DNA of 64,000 nucleotides from Balanoglossus misakiensis (lineage: Eukaryota > Animalia > Hemichordata), in the NCBI GenBank assembly GCA_040954595.2, contig CM082595.2, forward strand, positions 8,166,317-8,230,316, in the 5' to 3' direction. The position numbers and the translations under genes are program-made. This document shows, one piece after another, positions 1-11,405 of the stretch; position 1 is the stretch's first letter; the number at the start of each line of letters is the position of its first letter. The notes below the pieces were generated by a model. That model did not search any database, was not told the DNA's origin, and was given only the letters and a program-made list of their open reading frames with translations.

Positions 1-3000
1 TATGAGCCTTCCAACGGCCAATTGTGCAAATATGAGCCTTCAAACGGCCAAATGTGCAAATATGAGCCTTCAAACGGCCAAATATGCAAGTATGAGCCTT
101 CCAACGGCCAAATGTGCAAATATGAGCCTTCCAACGGCCAAATGTGCAAATATGAGCCTTCCAACGGCCAAATGTGCAAATATGAGCCTTTCAACGGCAA
201 AATGTACAAATATGTGCTTTCAACGGCCAAATATGCAAGTATGAGCCTTCAAACAGCCAAATATGAGCCTTCTAACGGCCAAATGTTCAAATATGAGCCT
301 TCCAACGGCCGAATGTGCAAATATGAGCCTTTCAACGGCCAAATATGCAAGTATGAGCCTTCAAACAGCCAAATATGACCCTTCTAACGGCCAAATGTGC
401 AAATATGAGCCTTTCAACGGCCAAATGTTCAAATATGAGCCTTCCAACGGCCAAATGTGCAAATATGAGCCTTCCAACGGCCAAATGTTCAAATATGAGC
501 CTTTCAACGGCCAAATATGCAAGTATGAGCCTTCAAACAGCCAAATATGACCCTTCTAACGGCCAAATGTGCAAATATGAGCCTTCCAACGGCCAAATGT
601 GCAAATATGAGCCTTTCAACGGCCAAATATGCAAGTATGAGCCTTCAAACAGCCAAATATGAGCCTTCTAACGGCCAAATGTTCAAATATGAGCCTTCCA
701 ACGGCCAAATGTGCAAATATGAGCCTTCCAACGGCCAAATGTACAAATATGAGCCTTCAAACAGCCAAATATGAGCCTTCCAACGGCCAAATGTGCAAAT
801 ATGAGCCTTCCAACGGCCAAATGTGCAAATATGAGCCTTCCAACGGCCAAATGTTCAAATATGAGCCTTTCAACGGCCAAATATGCAAGTATGAGCCTTC
901 AAACAGCCAAATATGAGCCTTCTAACGGCCAAATGTGCAAATATGAGCCTTCAAACGGCCAAATGTGCAAATATGAGCCTTCTAAAGGCCAAATGTGCAA
1001 ATATGAGCCTTCAAACGGCCAAATGTGCAAATATGAGCCTTCTAACGGCCAAATGTGCAAATATGAGCCTTCAAACGGCCAAATGTGCAAATATGAGCCT
1101 TCCAACGGCCAAATATGAGCCTTCCAACGGCCAAATGTGCAAATATGAGCCTTCCAACGGCCAAATGTGCAAATATGAGCCTTCCAACGGCCAAATGTGC
1201 AAATATGAGCCTTTCAACGGCCAAATATGCAAGTATGAGCCTTCAAACAGCCAAATATGAGCCTTCTAACGGCAAAATGTACAAATATGTGCTTTCAACG
1301 GCCAAATATGCAAGTATGAGCCTTCAAACAGCCAAATATGAGCCTTCTAACGGCCAAATGTTCAAATATGAGCCTTCTAACGGCCAAATGTGCAAATATG
1401 AGCCTTTCAACGGCCAAATATGCAAGTATGAGCCTTCAAACAGCCAATCATGAGCCTTCTAACGGCCAAATGTGCAAATATGAGCCTTCCAACGGCCGAA
1501 TGTGCAAATATGAGCCTTTCAACGGCCAAATATGCAAGTATGAGCCTTCAAACAGCCAAATATGAGCCTTCTAACGGCCAAATGTTCAAATATGAGCCTT
1601 CCAACGGCCAAATGTGCAAATATGAGCCTTTCAACGGCCAAATGTTCAAATATGAGCCTTCCAACGGCCAAATGTGCAAATATGAGCCTTTCAACGGCCA
1701 AATATGCAAGTATGAGCCTTCAAACAGCCAAATATGAGCCTTCTAACGGCCAAATGTGCAAATATGAGCCTTCAAACGGCCAAATGTGCAAATATGAGCC
1801 TTCTAAAGGCCAAATGTGCAAATATGAGCCTTCAAACGGCCAAATGTGCAAATATGAGCCTTCTAACGGCCAAATGTGCAAATATGAGCCTTCAAACGGC
1901 CAAATGTGCAAATATGAGCCTTCCAACGGCCAAATGTGCAAATATGAGCCTTCAAACAGCCAAATATGAGCCTTCCAACGGCCAAATGTGCAAATATGAG
2001 CCTTCCAACGGCCAAATGTGCAAATATGAGCCTTCCAACGGCCAAATGTGCAAATATGAGCCTTTCAACGGCCAAATATGCAAGTATGAGCCTTCAAACA
2101 GCCAAATATGAGCCTTCTAACGGCAAAATGTACAAATATGTGCTTTCAACGGCCAAATATGCAAGTATGAGCCTTCAAACAGCCAAATATGAGCCTTCTA
2201 ACGGCCAAATGTTCAAATATGAGCCTTCTAACGGCCAAATGTGCAAATATGAGCCTTTCAACGGCCAAATATGCAAGTATGAGCCTTCAAACAGCCAATC
2301 ATGAGCCTTCTAACGGCCAAATGTGCAAATATGAGCCTTCCAACGGCCGAATGTGCAAATATGAGCCTTTCAACGGCCAAATATGCAAGTATGAGCCTTC
2401 AAACAGCCAAATATGAGCCTTCTAACGGCCAAATGTTCAAATATGAGCCTTCCAACGGCCAAATGTGCAAATATGAGCCTTTCAACGGCCAAATGTTCAA
2501 ATATGAGCCTTCCAACGGCCAAATGTGCAAATATGAGCCTTCCAACGGCCAAATGTTCAAATATGAGCCTTTCAACGGCCAAATATGCAAGTATGAGCCT
2601 TCAAACAGCCAAATATGAGCCTTCTAACGGCCAAATGTGCAAATATGAGCCTTCAAACGGCCAAATGTGCAAATATGAGCCTTCTAAAGGCCAAATGTGC
2701 AAATATGAGCCTTCAAACGGCCAAATGTGCAAATATGAGCCTTCAAACGGCCAAATGTGCAAATATGAGCCTTCAAACGGCCAAATGTGCAAGTATGAGC
2801 CTTCCAACGGCCAAATATGCAAGTATGAGCCTTCCAACGGCCAAATATGCAAGTATGAGCCTTTCAACGGCCAAATATGCAAGTATGAGCCTTCAAACAG
2901 CCAAATATGAGCCTTCTAACGGCAAAATATACAAATATGTGCTTTCAACGGCCAAATATGCAAGTATGAGCCTTCAAACAGCCAAATATGAGCCTTCTAA

Positions 3001-3387
3001 CGGCCAAATGTTCAAATATGAGCCTTCTAACGGCCAAATGTGCAAATATGAGCCTTTCAACGGCCAAATATGCAAGTATGAGCCTTCAAACAGCCAATCA
3101 TGAGCTTTCTAACGGCCAAATGTGCAAATATGAGCCTTTCAACGGCCAAATGTGCAAATATGAGCCTTCTAATGGCCAAATGTGCAAATATGAGCCTTTC
3201 AACGGCCAAATGTGCAAATATGAGCCTTTCAACGGCCAAATGTGCAAATATGAGCTTTTCAACGGCCAAATATGCAAGTATGAGCCTTCAAACACCCAAA
3301 TATGAGCCTTCTAATGGCCAAATGTTCAAATGTGAGCCTTCCAATGGCCAAATATGCAAGTATGAGCCTTTAAACAGCCAAATGTGA
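1..3387. repeat. 30-bp minisatellite (consensus TATGAGCCTTCCAACGGCCAAATGTGCAAA) with interspersed 22-bp short monomers and ~800-850 bp higher-order repeats; runs off the window start
   Basis: Direct tandem repetition is visible. 22-bp units (TATGAGCCTTCAAACAGCCAAA) shift the frame every few monomers. Rare variants recur at 1441/2292/3091 and 196/1271/2122/2921. Confidence 0.97.
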
Positions 3388-5269
3388 GCCTGTTAATGAC
3401 CAAATCAATGTCTTGAGCAGTCTCACACGACTTCGTCTTGTAGATGTAATCTGTAAAATAAATAAAAACAATGTATGGTTTGAGTGGTAGCTGTGCAAAA
3501 GTGAAAGTTAAAAAAACAGTAGAAAGTACATGCCAATTAAATGTCACCCTATCATAAAATACTGCGAATGACAAAAGTATTGCTCCCATTTGATAACAAC
3601 TTTTTTTGAATAACTGCAACAAATATGAGTCATGTACCCCATCCTGAACTGCATAAAAAGATAAGTCTATGGAATTCTCTTTGATCAAAAATGGCAAGAA
3701 ATATACCAAAAAGTATTAATATTTCACCAGATTTCAACAAATCTGATTTCTGTTCATGCCTAAGAACCTCTTTAACAAGTTTCAAATTTCACCACCGTTT
3801 GCACAAATGTGATTCAGGTAAGCCCTATGAACCTTCATACCAAGATTCCAATCAATTGGACATGTAATTTCAGAGAAGAAATTTTTTTAACAAAACTGCA
3901 GAAAATTCCCCCAAAAAATCATAAAAAATAGCAAACACCAGATACTGACTCCACCTGAACAAAATCATACGAGGTCTTCCCAAAGTATTTGCACACCAAT
4001 GCACGCCAATTTTTAACTGAATCTGATCCGCTGTTATTAATTTTTTTCAATTTTGACTATTTGAAAATTTTTCCAGTTAATACCAGTATGCATTTTTCGC
4101 AATAACAATTTCTATGTACACACTAAATATCAGTAGTTTCAAGTTGTTGATGTTGATGGACATACACATACATACATCAATACATTTAGACGAAACTGAT
4201 CCATTCACAAAATACATAATTCTGTATGAGGCACACATACAGACATACATAGACGACGGACACCAACTTATGCTATATGCTGACATTGATATACATGTTA
4301 GCCAAAAACCAAAATCAACCTCAAAATAAACATTAAAATATATTGCACCACCATGAGAAGACAAATTCATTTTTCGACAAATTTTCTGGGGCGTCATTGA
4401 TATAGCATGGCATATTGTCAAAGTACGTAGTCTCTGTAATAAGATTCCATACACACAAAATGGTAACCTTGGAAGTCCAGCTGACGTAGTTATGCAATGG
4501 CGTCTTGTGTATTCCGTCGCCAAAAAATCATCGTAAAATTGATAGTCAGGGTCACAATTCAAGACGACTTTCTCTAAATTCTTTATGAATGGATTAAATC
4601 GAAATCGAAATGATGACGTATGACGTACGGAATGACATCTGAACAGACATTCAATGTTATCATTCTCGCTCGATCACATATTGGGTAGGCCATCTAGCAA
4701 TCGCTATATAGTATTGGCAATAACAGACTGTCTATAAACACACAAAACGGATTTTACTGTTGAGTGTGATCAACCGCCATGTTATTTTTCTCTGAACAAT
4801 AGACAAATAGAAAGCCTGGTGACATTTTGAGATTGACTGCGTGAGGACCACAATATGCGTGAATCATTTACGGTTTGTCTTGATGAATGGGTCACGTCAT
4901 AGTCATAACACGGATTCGGCTGCACGCCAATTATCCGCCATATTGTCTCCATTAACTTACTCGTAAGTAGTTTCAAACTTCATTTGAAAAGAGTAAAACA
5001 CATACCTGACTTCGTCTGATGGTCCTGTAGATTAACAATTTACACTCTATGAAGCAACTAAACAACGTTAGCTTCCTTGTGGATTCACGTAGGGAAGTTA
5101 TTCGTAACGACGGGTACAGCGTCTGAGCATGGACAGAACCACGGCAATATCGCCAGGAATGTCTCATTTCACAGCGCCCTCACAGTCAATCTCTTCGATG
5201 AATCGTTTACACTGGTCATACGTGGCGATACCGTGCATTAGAAAAATTAAAAATTTGATAATTTCATTA

Positions 5270-5446
5270 CTATCCAAGCCACACCCACCAAAACCTTTTC
5301 AGTTCTTGCCATATGATATCTGAACCTGTCTACTAAATTTGGTTGAAATCGGTTCAGCGGTTCTTGAGATATCGGGTATACAGACAGACACACACACACA
5401 CAGACGTCGCTAAACTATAAGCTCACGTGATTTTCATGTGAGCTAA
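5270..5446 (+). mobile_element. End of a Helentron-associated (HINE/DINE-1-like) non-autonomous element
   Basis: (ACAG)/(AC)n microsatellite, then a short terminal hairpin AGCTCACGTG-ATTTT-CATGTGAGCT abutting an A run. The other end was not located. Confidence 0.45.
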
Positions 5447-6693
5447 AAAAAGCAGCGTAGATATTGGAGTGAATTGGATTTATGAAAATGATAAAAATTA
5501 CACTTATAATGTCGTTAAAAGTTCTCACAAAAAAAAAAGAAATAGAAAAAAAGTGGTCTCGAACCAACATCAGTCGACACCTTCAGGTAAAAGGCTAGCC
5601 TGCCTGAACCTTTCGCCATCATGATGTGTACTCGAAAAAGTCGGAAATTTTCCGCACTATATTGCAGCATAACTCCAATGATCTTATTTGCGCCGCAGCG
5701 GTGCAAATACGAGTTCCCTGCACCGCAGCGTTGCGAATAAGATTTCCCTCCCCAACAACGATCTGACCGTTCTTTATTTCGGCGACAGAAAACATTTCAT
5801 TACGGCCTAAATAACAACTTTTTCGCTCCTTGGTTGGTCATGCGGACGGAAAGACAGGGTTTTAGCGAGTTTATCTTTCTCTCTGCTGAGCACTCTGTTA
5901 TTCAGACTTGCCCAAGTGAACCGCGACAAAAAATGGCCAAATTTCTCTGCATGTTTGTTATACCAGACAGATAAAAAACGCAGCGTAGATATTGACATGA
6001 ATTGGATTTATGAAAATGTTAAAAATTACAATGAAAATGTCGTTAAAAGTTCTCACAAAAAAGAAATAGAAAAAGAAATTGGTCTCGAACCAACATCAGT
6101 CGACACCTTCAGGTAAAAGGCTAGCCTTCCTGAACCTTTCCCCATCACGACGTGGACTCGAAAAAGTCGGACATTTTCCGCACTATATTGCAGCATAACT
6201 CCAATGATTTTCTTTGCACCGCAGCGGTGCAAATAAGATTTCACTGCACCGCAGCGGTGCAAATAAGAGTTCCCTGCATCGCAGCGGTGCGAATAAGATT
6301 TCCCTCTCCAACAACGATCTTACCGTTCTTTATTCACTCCTCGGCGACAAAAACGTTTTATTACGGCCTAAATAACGACTTTTTGGCTCCTTGGTTGGTC
6401 ATGCGGACGGAAAGACACGGTTTTAGCGAGTTTATCTTTCTCTCTGCTGAGCACTCCGTATTCAGACTTGCCCAAGTGAACCGCGACAAAAAATGGCCAA
6501 GTTTCCCTGCATTCTACTTATACCCGACAGATGAAAAAAGCAGCGTAGATATTGAAATGAATTGGATTTATGAAAATGATAAAAATTACAATTATAATGT
6601 CGTTAAAAGTTCTCACAAAAAAAAAGAAATAGAAAAATAAAGTGGTCTCTAACCAACATCAGTCGACACCTTCGGGTAAAAGGCTAGCCTTCC
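5447..6693 (+). repeat. ~530-bp tandem repeat, block A (about 2.3 monomers)
   Basis: GCAGCGTAGATATTG recurs at ~5452, ~5980 and ~6540. Monomers contain a variable number of 30-bp palindromic subrepeats (TGCACCGCAGCGGTGCA core). Confidence 0.93.
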
Positions 6694-9583
6694 TTTTTTT
6701 ATCTTTTATTAAAAAGGACAGGCCCACTGGCTTGCCCTGTTAAAAATAATTTGTACATTACAAGAAGCTTGTAATTACAGTCATAGATTCATTTTAAATA
6801 ATGCCATAAATCTTCAACACGTTACACTACTAATGCCAATCATTACAATATTGATAAAAAATCATACACCGAAATGAATACATGTGTAGTCAAGTCATTC
6901 AACATAAACAATCTTTAAATTCACAATATTGCATTACAGCATTCCACCATTTATGTAAGTCCTACTCCAATCTGTCATAGAATTGTGACATACAATTTAA
7001 TTACAGGAACAATTACCAGTAAAAAAGATGGTATGTAACACCAGAGGGCGTCAGGTTCAACTGAAGGTGACAACAGAGACAAAAAGACTGTTTAAAAATT
7101 TAAGGTAAAGTCAAAATCTTTTACCGTTACAAGTACATTGTTTTGTGCAAAGATGCTTTCAAATAGCGCAACATCATCACTTGCTTTGCACCTGTTATAT
7201 TCAAAAGTGATTTTCTGTTTTAATTTGTACTTAAAGAACTTGATCAAGTCGATTTTCCGAGTACAACGCTTGTATGCTAATCTTCTACTATGAATTGTAT
7301 AACGTGAAAGTGTCAATAAAATATTGATCAGCGTGTACTCGTACTTGTCATCCTTGACAGTATAACCAAATAACATCATTAGAATTCTATCTGTTGGGTT
7401 TAAATTTATTTACATTACAGGCACTGTTGATATACTCAAAAACAAGTTGCCACAAGGATTGAATTGTCTGGCAGCACACAAACAAATGATACACGTCTTC
7501 GGGAAAAAATGTGCAGAAGTCACAAGTCGGACTGAGGATTTTGCCTGATTTATAAAGACGAAGATTACTAAAAACAGCGTTGTGACAAATGAGATAATCC
7601 AGATCACCCAGGTAGTTATCCTTGAAATGTGTGTAAACAATTGGCCAAACCTTACTAAAATCAAAGTTTGGCAGGTGATAGAGCCAATACTGAACACCCG
7701 TGGGCACTGTTTTTCTCAGATGTCGAGCAATTGTAGTAATGTGTCTAACCTTAAGAGAATGGAAAGGAACACGTTGATCATGAGCATTAACAATAAAAAG
7801 AGACGAGTTTTTGTCCACTTTGTTATAATCTTTGTAATTACTCTGCAGAATATCATGCCTCTTTTGAGGAATTGAATTGAGGATAATCTGGTACTGCTTC
7901 TCAACAGTATTGCTTGTGGGAGTGTCAGGATGGGCCAATGAAACCATGTAACCAATTGCATCAACAGGTAGGAACCCAGGAATGACTTCGTATAACAAAT
8001 CCCTGATTTTGACAATGCCAGCTGAACTGAAAAGCTTTACAATCGCCAGGGGGCGCCCTTCAACACTTGTAATGAATGGGTTATGAAAAATGGGTTCATT
8101 GATAATTTCATCGTAGGAAACTGGTTGTGCACGAAAATACTTGAAAAGATGTGACCAAGACTGAAACAATTCCTTGTAGAATGTAGAACACTGACGTAAG
8201 TTGGTAGGATAAAGTAACATTTTAAAAGTGTCAACACCACAATTGAGATCGAGATACTTACATTTTGTATTTAAGTTGTAGGTGAAAAACAGCTTGAATT
8301 TGTGAACATAATCTTTATCCAGCATTTTACACAACCACTTGAGACGAAGTGCATGCACTTTGTCTTGAATATTTGTGACTTTAAGTCACCCATCTTGAAT
8401 GTCGGAAGTGATGACATCATATTTCACCATGTGATGACCTTTGCTCCAGAAGAAATTACAGATGTGCTCATTCAAAATTTGTATGTGTTGCTGAGGCAAA
8501 GAAACAACAGATGCCCGGTACCACAGAGTAGACGTAACAAGGGAGTTGATAATAAGGGTTTTCCCTTTGAAGGACAATTTACGAAATGACCAAGATTTCA
8601 GAATTCTGCAAATTTTAGGAATGCGCTGAGCCCAATTGAAATCATCAGCAACTGATTTGTCATGATTCAACATGACACCAAGAATGACCATGCCATCCAG
8701 TTGAAGCTTAACAGGTAAGGGGCAGTCAGTACGCCCTCTTTTGTTTCCTATCCACATCAAAGCACTTTTGTTCAGATTAACCTTTGATCCAGAAGCTTTA
8801 CCATGATCACAAAAGACCTGATACGCTTCGCGGATAGAATGGTCATCGCTAACGGCTAGAGTGGTGTCATCAGCATGTTGATAAACTAAGGAAGATACAG
8901 TACTGCCAGGAATTTGAATACCATGTATGTTGTGGTTATGCTGAATAGCGGCATTTAGAGGCTCAGCTGACAGCACGTACAACATTGCTGACAGCGGGCA
9001 CCCTTGTCTGACACTTCGTTTAATTAACACCGAGTCAGACAAAAACCCGTTAATTTTTACATTACTCATAATCTGGTTGTACATAATGGAAATCCATTTA
9101 ACAAAGTTGTCACCGAACCTGAACGCCCTTAGTGTGTTAAGCAAATAATTGTGATCAACGCGATCAAAGGCTTTCATCTGATCAAATTTCACAATGGCAC
9201 CTGGACAGTTACTGGAATCAACATGATGAATAAGATCTCTCATACAGAAAACATTGTCCACAATGTCACGACCTGGGACACAGCAAGTTTGATCCGAGCT
9301 GACTATAGAGGGCATGATTTTACTAAGTCTAAGGGCAAGTGTTTTAGTAAGGATTTTGTAATCACAGTTGAGGAGGGTGATAGGAAGCCAGTTTTTAATA
9401 AAGCGGAGGTCACAGTCAGCTTTTGGAATGAGTGTAATGAGGCCAGTTTTCATTGACTCGGGGAGATAGTTATTTCCAAAAATACAATTAAAAATATCTA
9501 ACATATCATCTTTTAGGACATCCCAGAAATGTTTATAGAATTCATACGGTATGCCATCTAAACCAGGGCTTTTGTTATTGATA
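6694..9583 (-). mobile_element. 5'-truncated Tx1/L1-clade non-LTR retrotransposon, copy 1
   Basis: RT motifs KSPGLDG, KAFDRVDH, VRQGCPLS and HADD; C-terminal CxxC-x8-H-x4-C (CDFC...H...C); 3' UTR with AATAAA and an A-rich tail at 6694-6715. The 530-bp repeat flanks both sides, with part of the target monomer missing at the 5' junction. Confidence 0.93.
7092..9583 (-). pseudogene. LINE ORF2 remnant (RT plus C-terminal zinc knuckle), split by a stop and a frameshift
   Basis: ORFs 8386-9675 (its N-terminus is satellite read-through), 7387-8358 and 7092-7379 are consecutive pieces of one ORF2. Confidence 0.9.
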
Positions 9584-11397
9584 TTTAGCGAGTTTATCTT
9601 TCTCTCTCCTGAGCACTCCGTATTCAGACTTGCCCAAGTGAAGCGCGACAAAAATATGACCATGTTTCCCTGCATGTTTTATTTACCTGACAGATAAAAA
9701 CGCATCGTTGATATTGAAATGAATTGGCTTTATGAAAATGATAAAAATTACAATAATAATGTCGTTAAAAATTCTCACAAAAAAAAGAAATAAAAAGTGG
9801 TCTCGAACCAACATCAGTTGACACCTTCAGGTAAAAGGGTAGCCTTCCTGAACCATTCGCCATCACGATGTGTACTCGAAAAAGTCGGAAATTTTCCGCA
9901 CTATATTGCAGCATAACTCCAATGATCTTATTTGCACCGCAGCGATGCAAAAAAGAGTTCCCTGCAACGCAGCGGTGCGAATAAGATTTCCCTCCCCAAC
10001 AACGATCTGACCGTTCTTTATTTACTCCTCGGCGACATAAAACGTTTTATTACGGCCTAAATAACGACTTTTTCGCTCCTTGGTTGGTCATGCGGATGGA
10101 AAGACAGGGTTTTAGCGAGTTTATCTTTCTCTCTGCTGAGCACTCCGTTATTCAGACTTGCCCAAGTGAACCGCGACAAAAAATGGCCAAGTTTCTCTGC
10201 ATGTTTGTTATACCAGACAGATAAAACCGCATCGTGGATATTGAAATGAATTGGATTTATGAAAATGATAAAAATTACAATTATAATGTCGTTAAAAGTT
10301 CTCACAAAAAATAGAAATAGAAAAAAGTGGTCTCGAACGAACATCAGTTGACACCCTCAGGTAAAACCTTTCCTGAACCTTTTGCCATCACGATGTGTAC
10401 TCGAAAAAGTCGGAAATTTTCCACTCTATATTGCAGCATAACTCCAATGATCTTATTTTCACCGCAGCGGTGCAAATAAGAGTTCCATGCACCGCAGCGG
10501 TGCGAATAAGAGTTCCCTGGCCCCGCAATGATCTGACCGTTCTTTATTCACTCCTCGGCGACAAAAACGTTTTATTACGGCCTAAGTAACGACTTTTTCG
10601 CTTCTTGGTTGGTCATGCGGACGGAAAGACACGGTTTTAGCGAGTTTATCTTTCTCTCTGCTGAGCACTCCGTATTCAGACTTACCCAAGTGAACCGCGA
10701 CAAAATATTGGCCAAGTTTCCCTGCATGTTACTTATACCCGACAGATGAAAAAAAGCAGCGTAGATATTGAAATGAATTGGATTTATGAAATTGTTAAAA
10801 ATTACAATTATAATGTCGTTAAAAGTTCTCACAAAAAATAGAAATAGAAAAAAAGTGGTCTCGAACGAACATCAGTTGACACCCTCAGGTAAAACCTTTC
10901 CCGAACCTTTTGCCATCACGATGTGTACTCGAAAAAGTCGGAAATTTTCCGCACTATATTGCAGCATAACTCCAATGATCTTATTTGCGCCGCAGCGGTG
11001 CAAATACGAGTTCCCTGCACCGCAGCGTTGCGAATAAGATTTACCTCCCCAACAACGATCTGACCATTCTTTATTTACTCCTCGGCGACATAAAACGTTT
11101 TATTACGGCCTAAATAAGGACTTTTTTCGCTCTTTGGTTGGTCATGCGGACGGAAAGACAGGGTTTTAGCGAGTTTATCTTTTTCTCTGCTGAGCACTCC
11201 GTTATTCAGACTTGCCCAAGTGAACCGCGACAAAAAATGGCCAAGTTTCTCTGCATGTTTGTTATACCCGACAGATAAAAAACGCAGCGTAGATATTGAA
11301 ATGAATTGGACTTATGAAAAAGATAAAAATTACAATGAAAATGTCGTTAAAAGTTCTCAAAAAAAAGAAATAGAAAAATAAAGTGGTCTCGAACCAA
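9584..11397 (+). repeat. ~530-bp tandem repeat, block B (about 3.5 monomers)
   Basis: Same monomer as block A. It ends abruptly at GTGGTCTCGAACCAA. Confidence 0.93.
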
Positions 11398-11405
11398 TTC
11401 ATTAC

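Noticed and set aside
1-3387. CRISPR array or repetitive protein gene
   Set aside because: No unique spacers and no cas genes. The overlapping ORFs are products of the repeat and are broken by 22-bp frame-shifting units.
8386-9675. Novel RT fusion protein with N-terminus MQGNMVIF...
   Set aside because: The first ~30 codons are chance read-through from the flanking repeat into a 5'-truncated LINE.
5515-11037. Short ORFs within the 530-bp repeat (also 25892-27357 and 46471-48440)
   Set aside because: Frames are not maintained between monomers (homopolymer indels) and there are no domain motifs.
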